DNA of 64,000 bases from Gemmatales bacterium (GTDB taxonomy: Bacteria; Planctomycetota; Planctomycetia; Gemmatales; HRBIN36): NCBI GenBank assembly GCA_041640595.1, contig JBEPZY010000003.1, positions 180,773-244,772 on the forward strand, read 5' to 3'. Below the pieces are notes generated by a model that was not told the DNA's origin, did not search any database, and was given only the letters and a program-made list of their open reading frames with translations. Position numbers and translations under genes: made by a program. Positions 47,844 to 56,638 of the stretch are shown here, piece by piece; positions within the stretch are counted from its first letter, which is position 1, and every line of letters starts with the position of its first letter.

Positions 47844-49481
47844 TCAGGGATGCCCTTCTGCCAGCTGGCCGCCGTGCCAGCGTGCCTCCAGCCAGCGCGA
47901 CAGGTAACCCAGCGGTATAGCCATAAGCAAATAGAGCGACGCGGTCGCCAGTCCGATTTCGACCAGGGCGGTGTAATCGGCTCCGGAGGTGGAGAGAATC
48001 TGGTACTGTTTGCTGAGTTCCACGACGGTAATGGTCCCGGCCAAACTGGTGTCTTTGAAAAGTGCGATAAAGTCGGTCGTGGAAGGAGGCAAAATGATGC
48101 GTACCGCCTGGGGCAGGATGATGTATCGGAAAGTTTGTCGCCGCGTCAAACCGAGGCTGGCCGCCGCTTCCCACTGGGATTGGGGAATCGCCGTGATGGC
48201 AGCACGATAGATTTCCGCTTCGTAGGCGGCGTAGTTCAGTCCCAGGCCAATCACGGCGGTTACAAACGGCGACCAGCGCAGGGCAACATCCCAGTGCAGC
48301 ACCTGACCGATGGCGGGTAAGCCGAAATAGAGGAAGTACAGCAACAGCAGCACGGGCACACCGCGGAAAAATTCGACGTAGCCCAGTGCCAGCCAGCGTA
48401 GCGGTTGCGGGGCGTACAATCGGCACACCGCTACGACCAGGCCAACCACCACGGCAACCAGCATGCTCAGAACAGTTAGTTCCACCGTGATCCAGGCGGC
48501 ACGGATTAGCAGCGGAAAATAATTCCCGAACGACCAGCCGACTAACGGCGCCGGTGGAGCCAATTCCTGTTCCAACTCCAGGCCAAATCTGTTCGGCGGA
48601 TAGAGTTCCTCCTGGCTGGAGTTCCAGAGGCCCCATTTTTCATAGATTCGCCTGAGTTCGCCGCGCTCGATTAGTTTTTCCAGAGCCGCATCAAACTGCC
48701 GGGCCAGTTCCTCGTCGTGCTTGCGGAAAGCCATGGCGTAATAGCCGCGGCCACTGATAGGAGGTTCGATGGGTTTAATTCCTGGCTTGTTGCGAGCATG
48801 GTAAAGCACGATGGGAACGTCCAGCAGCACGGCATCCAGCCGCCCCACCGCCAAATCCTCGAAAGGCGTTACCTGGCTGTCGTAAAGCTGAACCGGAAGA
48901 TGGAGTTGTTCCAGCAACCGCGAGGCCGCCGTGTTTTCCAGTGTGCCCACCCGCGCTCGCCGCGCCACGCAATCCCGAAGGTTACGCAGGTCGCTGTCCT
49001 CCTGCCGCACTACCAGCTGCAATTTGAACACATAGTAAGGCCGGCTGAACCGCACCCGCTTTTGCCGATCGGGTGTCACTTCCAGGCCGTTCATTGCAAA
49101 ATCTATGTCGCCACGCTCGAGTCCTTCCAGGAGCTTCTTGAAATCGTACTGCTTATGTTCGATGCGTCGGCCCAGTTCCTTTTCGAGAGCCCGCACGATA
49201 TCCACTTCGAAGCCAATCAACTCGTCGGGCCGCTCGGGATCGTTGAAGATATAAGGGGCGCCACCTTCTGCATCGGCCCCCCAGCGTAGCGGTGGCAACT
49301 GAGCAACGACTTGCTCGTTAGCCGCAGGTGTCGTAGCAACGGCTGCCGCAGCGGTAAGCGACAAGGCCAGCGTCGCCAACAAAAAGAGCCTTGGAGTAGT
49401 CGCCTGGAGATGACAACTTGCAGGCCGAGCTTGCGATGCCCCGCCGCAACTCTTGTTTCCATAACCGACGTTGCCCACCAT
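47844..49481 (-). CDS. Amino acid ABC transporter, fused substrate-binding + permease
   Basis: SBP family 3 'GFEVDI...RVRFSRPYY', then permease 'YVEFFRGVPVLL', 'AAYEAEIYR' and 'IILPQA...FKDTSL'. Start uncertain. Confidence 0.92.
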   Translation of the reverse strand: MVGNVGYGNKSCGGASQARPASCHLQATTPRLFLLATLALSLTAAAAVATTPAANEQVVAQLPPLRWGADAEGGAPYIFNDPERPDELIGFEVDIVRALEKELGRRIEHKQYDFKKLLEGLERGDIDFAMNGLEVTPDRQKRVRFSRPYYVFKLQLVVRQEDSDLRNLRDCVARRARVGTLENTAASRLLEQLHLPVQLYDSQVTPFEDLAVGRLDAVLLDVPIVLYHARNKPGIKPIEPPISGRGYYAMAFRKHDEELARQFDAALEKLIERGELRRIYEKWGLWNSSQEELYPPNRFGLELEQELAPPAPLVGWSFGNYFPLLIRAAWITVELTVLSMLVAVVVGLVVAVCRLYAPQPLRWLALGYVEFFRGVPVLLLLYFLYFGLPAIGQVLHWDVALRWSPFVTAVIGLGLNYAAYEAEIYRAAITAIPQSQWEAAASLGLTRRQTFRYIILPQAVRIILPPSTTDFIALFKDTSLAGTITVVELSKQYQILSTSGADYTALVEIGLATASLYLLMAIPLGYLSRWLEARWHGGQLAEGHP

Positions 49482-49486
49482 CTTCG

Positions 49487-50263
49487 CTAACGCTCCTCCC
49501 GCTCGATGCGCTGCCAGAGTTGGTCAATGGCTCGACGGAGAGCCGGGTCTGCCTGTTGCCGTTGTTCGTCCAAATAGGGTTTCGCAAGCCGGCCGAGGAT
49601 CAGTAAATCCCGTTCGGCCATGCGCCGAACAATCGGATCGGGATCGAGCAGCTTCGTCGCCTGACAGATGGGTCGTATTCCCGGTTTCAATTGCACATCT
49701 TCGCGTACCTGGACGAGCTGGCCCTTGGGATCGAACAGCAATTCGGCTGCGAGAAAGCCTTCGTTGCCAGCTTTGGCTACCACTTCGAGTCTGCCGTTCG
49801 CTGACAATCCCTGGGCTGTTTTGGCAACGCGCACGGATTCGTTGACCAGGCGAAACTGATAAAAACCGTCCTGACGCAGTTCACCGGCCAAAATCAACCA
49901 GGCTCGCACCGCTTGCGCTGCGGCTTTTTCCGTGTCCGCATGCACATGTTTTTGAAACCATCCGCGCAATTGTCCCGCATCACTGACAATATCCACAGTC
50001 CCCGACGGGGAAACGAAAAAGAGATTGTTGCTGCTCAGAGGTGCCGGCGGGATGCGGGCCACGGGGAATCGCGGATAACGCAAGAGAAACACCTGTGTCC
50101 CGGCAAGCACCGACTTGACTTCCCCATTCTCCAGATGTTGCACCGGTGCCGACGCTATGCCGAGCTGTTTGAGCTTGGCCTGCACCAGCGCTCGCGCCGA
50201 TTCAACGTCCAGGGGTTTGTCTTCGCTGAAACTAACCATCATCGCTATCAGCGTTAGCCACAT
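49487..50263 (-). CDS. Hypothetical protein with C-terminal HEAT-like unit
   Basis: GGGGGAG RBS, short signal-like N-terminus, and C-terminal 'RPICQATKLLDPDPIVRRMAERDLL'. Confidence 0.75.
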   Translation of the reverse strand: MWLTLIAMMVSFSEDKPLDVESARALVQAKLKQLGIASAPVQHLENGEVKSVLAGTQVFLLRYPRFPVARIPPAPLSSNNLFFVSPSGTVDIVSDAGQLRGWFQKHVHADTEKAAAQAVRAWLILAGELRQDGFYQFRLVNESVRVAKTAQGLSANGRLEVVAKAGNEGFLAAELLFDPKGQLVQVREDVQLKPGIRPICQATKLLDPDPIVRRMAERDLLILGRLAKPYLDEQRQQADPALRRAIDQLWQRIEREER

Positions 50264-50374
50264 GCTGGCTCCCCCTTGTTATTGTGTTGCGAACATCCAC
50301 CCTGTCGGCAATCGTCCCGTACCCCAGCAGGGTCAGCTCACGACTCGCAACATACTATTCGCCGGGCCAGATTC

Positions 50375-50474
50375 GGGCAACCATTTCCGAAGAGGAAAGG
50401 GAACTTGCGTTCTTGCAGGAGCGTCGCCAATTGCAGCCAGGCCAGGGTAACCATTTCCCAAGAGGAAAGGGAAC
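50375..50474. repeat. Two 30-bp direct repeats (28/30 identical), period 70 bp, each with an internal hairpin
   Basis: GGGCAACCATTTCCGAAGAGGAAAGGGAAC (50375) and GGGTAACCATTTCCCAAGAGGAAAGGGAAC (50445). Each has a TTTCC/GGAAA stem. Confidence 0.8.
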
Positions 50475-50796
50475 CGGAGCGAGCACGCAAGAACATCCGT
50501 CGCCATCCATCAGGTCGAGCCTCTGTCGGATTGGTGTCGAATCGTGGGCCGGGTATTTCGGCAGAGCTGCATCCACGCCTCCAGCGGGCACTTTCGGCGG
50601 CCAGGCAACCAGGTTCAACATCACAAGCCAGCCTGGATGTCAACCGAAGACAGCATCCGCGAGTGAAGCGGTTACGCTCGGCGAGGCTTGCCTGGACAAT
50701 TTTGCCAGTACGCCAGTTCCTGCCGATCACCCGAACCAGAATTCGCCCGCCCGGTATGTAAGCAGCAGTCGCCCGCTGGCTTGTGTACTTCACGGT

Positions 50797-51141
50797 TTAG
50801 CCCGGGGGCCAGTGCATTCGCCGACCACCCAGGAGATGCAAGTGCAGATGCGGGACGGATTGCCCTGCCTGTTCGCGGCAGTTCAAGACCAGGCGATAAC
50901 CTTGCTCCAGCCCGAGTTGTCGCGCCAACTGTGCCGCCACCCAATGCAGATGACCAAGCAGCTCCTTGTCCGCCTCGGTGATGTCAGCATGGGTGGGGAT
51001 GACTTTCTTGGGAATAATCAGGACGTGTACGGGTGCCTGCGGATTGATGTCGTGAAAGGCGAGACAGCGATCATCTTCGTACACAATGCGGGCCGGGATT
51101 TTTCGTTCGATTATCTTCAGGAAAATGTTGTCCTGCATCAT
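50797..51141 (-). CDS. Histidine triad (HIT/HinT) nucleotide-binding protein
   Basis: 'IFLKIIERKIPA...AFHDINPQAPVHVLIIPK...GQSVPHLHLHLLGGR'. Confidence 0.95.
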   Translation of the reverse strand: MMQDNIFLKIIERKIPARIVYEDDRCLAFHDINPQAPVHVLIIPKKVIPTHADITEADKELLGHLHWVAAQLARQLGLEQGYRLVLNCREQAGQSVPHLHLHLLGGRRMHWPPG

Positions 51142-51489
51142 GGCAGTCTCCCCGCGAGCCATCGGCGAAAGAGCAGCCCATGCCGCGCGACGATCCGGTC
51201 GCCGCAACCATCACCCACTCGCGCGAGTCAGCGGATCAATAAATAAACGAGGGCGTCTGCCGGCCAGAGGGAGCGAGGGGTCCCTGCTTTGTGAAATACC
51301 CGTGCTTGCTTCCAGACGAGTGTATATTGGCCGAAAGAATGCGGCAGCGTGGGCCGGGAATCTGTGCCATACCTCGGATGCTTCTTGTGGCACCAGCATT
51401 AGGCGGAGCTGCCAGCCTTTGCGGTCAGGGATGCGGCTGGCCAGTCGCCGAAACCATCCATCACCGCGACGCAGTCCGGAGCTAAGTCG

Positions 51490-52599
51490 GTGTGGCAGAT
51501 TGGAATAGATGAGGCGGGCTACGGGCCGATCCTCGGACCGTTCGTGATGACGGCAACTGCCATCGGCCGACCGGGGGCTTTGCGGGCAAAGGAACCCTGG
51601 AAACTGCTCGAAAAAGTGACCGACCGAGCACGCGGACGCAAAAAGTCGGCCGATTCACAACAGTGGTTCGTCATTGCCGACTCCAAGCAGGTGCATCGTG
51701 GCTCGAACCGATTGGCGGAGCTGGAATTCCATACCCTCCCCGTTCTCTGGCCGTGGCTGGGAAGCGACCGGCGATTCCCTGCCCTGCTGGAGCGGCTGAG
51801 CGTCAGCGGTTTGCCGCAGGATATGGCGCTGGCGTGTTATCGCGCGGCGTTGACTCTGCCCATGTGTCACGGGGTGGACGAGATAATGCGCCGTGCCGAG
51901 GTGTGGCGCGAGCGGGTCAACCGGGCCGGGCTGGTGTTCGATGCACCGCGGATTTTCGTTTTGCTGCCACCGACGATCAATGCCCTGATCGCCAGGCACG
52001 GTACGAAAGCGGTGTTGCCCTGGCTGGGCTGGCGGGATTTGTTATCGGCATGGAATGCGATTCTGGCCCGCCACGCACTGGCCGAAACTTGCGAGGTCTG
52101 GTGTGACCGCTTGGGTGGACGGCAATATTACGCCGGTCTGCTTTGCGAATCTTTAACCGGCTGGCAACTGCAACATTATCTGGAAACGCCCCGGCAGTGT
52201 CGTTACGTGTTCACGGCCGAGGCAGAAACGTTGAGAGATGGTTCCTCGCAGGCCGTTTCGCAACAAGGTCGCAGACCATGCAGGCGGGGCCGGGAGCAAC
52301 CGGCACCAATCCGGCGTTCCGATGCCGCCAAATCCGCAGCGTCCGGTGAGCGGCAATGGACGGTGGTGGTCAGACCCGAAGCGGAAACGCGGTCGTTCGC
52401 GGTAGCCTTGGCCTCCATGATCAGCAAATACATCCGCGAGGTCTTCATGCACCACTTCAATAGCTACTGGCAGGAACAGATTCCCGGTCTGCGAGCGACC
52501 GCTGGTTATCCCCGCGATGGAGAGCGATTTCTGCGAGAGATCGAACCGGCCCGACAACGGTTGGGCCTGTCGGAAGCGCAGTTACGTCGCTGCCGGTGA
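51490..52599 (+). CDS. RNase HII-like protein with insertions
   Basis: 'IGIDEAGYGPILGP', 'ADSK', 'CDRLGG', 'VALASMISKYIRE' and 'AGYP'. Confidence 0.75.
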   Translation: MWQIGIDEAGYGPILGPFVMTATAIGRPGALRAKEPWKLLEKVTDRARGRKKSADSQQWFVIADSKQVHRGSNRLAELEFHTLPVLWPWLGSDRRFPALLERLSVSGLPQDMALACYRAALTLPMCHGVDEIMRRAEVWRERVNRAGLVFDAPRIFVLLPPTINALIARHGTKAVLPWLGWRDLLSAWNAILARHALAETCEVWCDRLGGRQYYAGLLCESLTGWQLQHYLETPRQCRYVFTAEAETLRDGSSQAVSQQGRRPCRRGREQPAPIRRSDAAKSAASGERQWTVVVRPEAETRSFAVALASMISKYIREVFMHHFNSYWQEQIPGLRATAGYPRDGERFLREIEPARQRLGLSEAQLRRCR

Positions 52600-52672
52600 A
52601 GTTTGCCCATTCGGGAAACACACGGGCGAAGTTTCTGGGAAGCCGCACCGTCCCGTGGAGCGGTGGAACGTG

Positions 52673-55600
52673 TCAATTCTGGTAGCGCAGCAGGAGATCG
52701 CCAGCGGCTACCTGGGTGCCTGATTGTACCAGCACTTCGGCGATGCGACCGCTGCGCTCGGCGTAAATGGTCATCTCCATTTTCATGGCTTCGAGGCTGA
52801 TAAGCTTCTGCCCCTTTTCCACGTGGTCGCCGGGTTGCACCATGACGCGGACGACGAGTCCCGGCATGGGAGCGCCGACTTCGTTGGGATTGCTGGGATC
52901 TGCTTTGGGATGAGCTTTGTGCTCGCGGGCCAGACTGCGATCGGTAACCACGACTTCCCGGGGCTGGCCGTTGAGTTCGAAAAACACCAGCCGTGTCCCG
53001 TCCGGATGCGGATCGCCGACCGTCTGGAATTTGATAATCAGCGTCTTGCCTTTCTCAATGTCCACGCTGATTTCTTCGCCCGGTTCCATACCGTAGAAAA
53101 AGACGGGCGTGGGGAGCACACTGGTGTCGGAATACTTTTGCTGATGCTGGGCAAACTCCAGAAACACGCGCGGGTAGAGCACATACGAGAGCACCTCACG
53201 GAAGGAAACGGAGCGTTGCAGTCGTTTTTCCAGCTCCGAGCGTACCTGGTCGAAATCCACAGGCGGTAAGGAAGCACCGGCTCGCTCGGTCAGAGGCTGG
53301 CGCGAGCCGAGTATGCGCCGCTGCAACTGTTCCGGAAAGCCACCCGGCGGAATGCCCAGCCGACCCTCGAAAAACTCCACCACCGATTCCGGAAACGCCA
53401 GCACCCGTTGCGGATCGAGCACATCCTCCGGTCGCAGATTGTTGGCGACCATGAACAACGCCATGTCGCCAACCACCTTCGACGTCGGCGTAACCTTGAC
53501 AATGTCGCCGAAGAGCCGGTTGACCTCGGCATACATGCGGCGGACTTCCGGCCAGCGTTCTTGCAGGCCCATCGCCTGGGCTTGCTGGTAGAGATTGGTG
53601 TATTGGCCGCCGGGCATTTCATGCAGGTACACCTCTGCCGACGATGTCCGCTGCACGCCTTCGAAAGGTGCGTAATACTGCCGGATCACTTCCCAGTATT
53701 CGGCGGCGGCCTGGAGGTCCTCGAAACGCAAGGGGCTGGCTCGCCGCGTGAACCGTACCATTTCCACCAGCGAGTTCAAATTGGGCTGGCTGCTGGTGCC
53801 CGACAACGGTGCCATCGCCCCGTCCACGATGCTGACGCCTTCCTCCGCCGCAAGAATATAGCTGGCGGCTTGAATTCCGGCCTGGTCGTGGGTGTGAAAA
53901 TGAATGGGGATGCCAATCTCCTGCCGCAACGCCCGCACCAGCTGCTGAGCGGCATAAGGTTTACAAAGCCCGGCCATGTCTTTGATCGCCAGCAGGTTAG
54001 CGCCGCGCTTCTCCAGCTGCTTGGCCAGCTCCACGTAATAACGCAAACTGTACTTTTGTCGCGCGGGATTGAGAAAATCGCCGGTGTAACAGATAGCCGG
54101 TTCGCAGAGCATGCCGGCTTCGCGGACGGCTTCGATGGCCGGCTCCAGATTCGGCAACCAGTTGCAGGCATCGAAGATGCGGAACAGGTCTATGCCGACC
54201 TGCGCTGCCTCCTTGACAAAGGCGCGCACCACGTTGTCCGGATAGTTTGTGTAGCCGACCGCATTGGCCCCACGCAGCAGCATCTGGAACAAAATGTTCG
54301 GAATCTTCTCGCGCAACCGTGCCAGCCGCTCCCAGGGGCATTCCTTCAGAAACCGCATGGCCGTGTCGAACGTGGCTCCGCCCCACATCTCCAGGGAAAA
54401 CAAGTCGGCCAGGCGGTGGGCGTAAAAATCGGCGATCTGCAGCATGTCGTAGGTACGCATCCGTGTCGCCAGAAGCGACTGGTGGGCGTCGCGGAAGGTG
54501 GTATCGGTGAAAAAGAGCTGCGGCTGGTCGAGCAACCAGCGGGCGAATCGTTCCGGTCCCAGTTCGCGGAAGCGATCGCGCAGCCCGCGTGGCAGTTGTG
54601 CCGACTCCCGTGCAGGCAATTCCGGCACGGGAGCTGGTTCCCGCGGCACCCGCTTCCGCCATTCGGCAGTGGCTCGCGCCTCCTTGCCCAGCGTCGGATT
54701 ACCGTTGACAATCACCTCAGCCAGATAGGTCAGCAATCGCGTCGCCCGATCCTGGCGGGGCGGGAAGCGGTACAGCTCTGGCGTTTCGTCAATAAAACGG
54801 GTGCTGAATTCGCCCCGCGCCACTGCCGGATGCGTTACCAGATTGATCAGAAACGGGATGTTGGTCTTGACGCCACGCACCCGGAATTCCTGCAAACTTC
54901 GCTCCATCCGCCGCAGGGCATCTTCAAGTCGGCGTCCACGGGCGGTGACTTTCACCAGCAGCGAATCATAAAACGGCGTGATTACCGCACCGCTGAAAGC
55001 CGACCCCGCGTCCAGCCGAATCCCCATCCCGCTGGCTGAACGGTAATGCGACAGCCGGCCGTAATCAGGCAGGAACTTGTTGGCCGGGTCTTCGGTCGTG
55101 ACCCGACACTGCACGGCAAAGCCCGTCACTGTCACCTGCCGCTGATCGCCCAGATCGATCTCCGGATGCGACAGCGGATAACCCTGGGCGATGAGAATCT
55201 GGCACTTGACGATGTCGTAACCGGTGACCTCTTCGGTTACCGTGTGCTCGACCTGAATGCGGGGATTGACTTCGATGAAATAGAACTGCCCGCTGTCCAC
55301 GTCGTAGAGGAATTCGACGGTGCCGGCGTTATCGAGCCGCACTATTCGGCCGATGGCCAGGGCTGCTTCCAGAATCTGCTGGCGAACGCGGGCGTCCAGA
55401 TTCGGTGCCGGAGCCATTTCCACCATCTTCTGGTGGCGGCGTTGCAGTGAGCAGTCCCGTTCGTACAGGTGCACCAGATTGCCATGCTGATCGCCCAGCA
55501 GCTGCACCTCGATATGGCGAGCGCGGCGAACGCATTTTTCCAGAAAAACGTCCGGAATGCCGAACGCAGTCCCGGCTTCGCGTCGGGCCTGCTCTAAAGC

Positions 55601-56152
55601 ATCGGCGAGCTGTGCGGCATTTTCGACGAGACGCATGCCCCGTCCGCCACCACCCATCGCCGCCTTAACCATCACCGGATACCCGATGCGTTCGGCAGCG
55701 GACAGAGCTTCGGCCGGATCCGACACGGGTTTCTCGGTGCCCGGCAGAATGGGCACGCCGGCTTGCTGGGCCAGTCGTCGCGCCACCACTTTATCGCCGA
55801 GCTGTTCCAGCACTTCCGTACGCGGCCCGACGAAAATCAGGCCCGCCTGTCGCACTGCCCGTGCGAACTCCGGATTCTCCGACAGGAAACCGTACCCCGG
55901 ATGGATCGCATCCACCTCATGCTGCAACGCCAGCGCGACTATTCCTTCGATGTCCAGGTAAGCGCGGATCGGTTCGCCCGGCTGACCGACGCGGTACGCC
56001 TCATCGGCTTTGAACCGATGCAGCGCGAACCGATCCTCGTGGGAATAAATCGCCACCGTGCGGATGCCTAGCTCGTGGGCGGTACGGAAAACGCGAATGG
56101 CTATCTCGCTGCGATTGGCTACCAGCAGTTTGCGAATGGGTCGGATATTCAT
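52673..56152 (-). CDS. pyc: Pyruvate carboxylase
   Basis: Biotin carboxylase 'LVANRSEIAIR', carboxyltransferase 'DTTFRDAHQSL...WGGATFD' and 'HFHTHD', and biotin site 'EAMKME'. Start MNIRP at 56152. Confidence 0.98.
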   Translation of the reverse strand: MNIRPIRKLLVANRSEIAIRVFRTAHELGIRTVAIYSHEDRFALHRFKADEAYRVGQPGEPIRAYLDIEGIVALALQHEVDAIHPGYGFLSENPEFARAVRQAGLIFVGPRTEVLEQLGDKVVARRLAQQAGVPILPGTEKPVSDPAEALSAAERIGYPVMVKAAMGGGGRGMRLVENAAQLADALEQARREAGTAFGIPDVFLEKCVRRARHIEVQLLGDQHGNLVHLYERDCSLQRRHQKMVEMAPAPNLDARVRQQILEAALAIGRIVRLDNAGTVEFLYDVDSGQFYFIEVNPRIQVEHTVTEEVTGYDIVKCQILIAQGYPLSHPEIDLGDQRQVTVTGFAVQCRVTTEDPANKFLPDYGRLSHYRSASGMGIRLDAGSAFSGAVITPFYDSLLVKVTARGRRLEDALRRMERSLQEFRVRGVKTNIPFLINLVTHPAVARGEFSTRFIDETPELYRFPPRQDRATRLLTYLAEVIVNGNPTLGKEARATAEWRKRVPREPAPVPELPARESAQLPRGLRDRFRELGPERFARWLLDQPQLFFTDTTFRDAHQSLLATRMRTYDMLQIADFYAHRLADLFSLEMWGGATFDTAMRFLKECPWERLARLREKIPNILFQMLLRGANAVGYTNYPDNVVRAFVKEAAQVGIDLFRIFDACNWLPNLEPAIEAVREAGMLCEPAICYTGDFLNPARQKYSLRYYVELAKQLEKRGANLLAIKDMAGLCKPYAAQQLVRALRQEIGIPIHFHTHDQAGIQAASYILAAEEGVSIVDGAMAPLSGTSSQPNLNSLVEMVRFTRRASPLRFEDLQAAAEYWEVIRQYYAPFEGVQRTSSAEVYLHEMPGGQYTNLYQQAQAMGLQERWPEVRRMYAEVNRLFGDIVKVTPTSKVVGDMALFMVANNLRPEDVLDPQRVLAFPESVVEFFEGRLGIPPGGFPEQLQRRILGSRQPLTERAGASLPPVDFDQVRSELEKRLQRSVSFREVLSYVLYPRVFLEFAQHQQKYSDTSVLPTPVFFYGMEPGEEISVDIEKGKTLIIKFQTVGDPHPDGTRLVFFELNGQPREVVVTDRSLAREHKAHPKADPSNPNEVGAPMPGLVVRVMVQPGDHVEKGQKLISLEAMKMEMTIYAERSGRIAEVLVQSGTQVAAGDLLLRYQN

Positions 56153-56317
56153 TGTCCCTCCAGCGTGCACCGTGCGCCAGCATAAGTATATACCGCCCGT
56201 CCAGTCGGGTCGCAACGAGCACCACCCGCTTGCACACCGCTTCCGCACACGCCACCAGGAGCGGCTGGCGTGAGCCAGCCGTGCCGAACATACCGCGTTA
56301 CCGGAGAGAGTCGCTCA

Positions 56318-56575
56318 TTTCCGAACGCTCAACGCCGGTTTCCGATCCCCCTTCTCCGCGCCGTGGATCTAGACCCGCGCCGTCGCAGAGTTTCCGAACG
56401 CTCAACGCCGGTTCCCGATTCCCCTTCTCCGCGCCGTGGATCCAGACCCGCACCGTCGCAGAGTTTCCGCACGCTCAACGCCGGTTCCCGGTTCCCCTTC
56501 TCCGCGCCGTGGATCCAGACTCGCGCCGTCGCGGAGCTTCCGAACACCCAACGCCGGTTACCCGTTCCGCTCTCC
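56318..56575. repeat. 73-bp tandem repeat, about 3.5 near-identical copies
   Basis: TTTCCGAACGCTCAACGCCGGTT...CCGCGCCGTGGATC.AGACCCGC.CCGTCGCAGAG starts at 56318, 56391, 56464 and 56537. Confidence 0.92.
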
Positions 56576-56638
56576 AGTACCCAACCGCACTCGCCAAGCC
56601 CTGATTCCCGATTCCCGCTCCTGCCCGCCACTCGGCAC

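Noticed and set aside
47827..48636. 270-aa N-terminal extension of the ABC ATPase
   Set aside because: Alternative-frame overlap with the permease gene; ATPase similarity starts at MFTIEV (47826).
50284..51246. 320-aa + strand ORF
   Set aside because: Mostly antisense to the HIT gene, with low-complexity composition and no motif.
53408..55039. 543-aa + strand ORF
   Set aside because: Antisense shadow of pyc.
56318..56575. CRISPR array or tRNA cluster (73-bp period)
   Set aside because: Whole units are near-identical with no unique spacers, and there is no cloverleaf, T-loop or CCA pattern.
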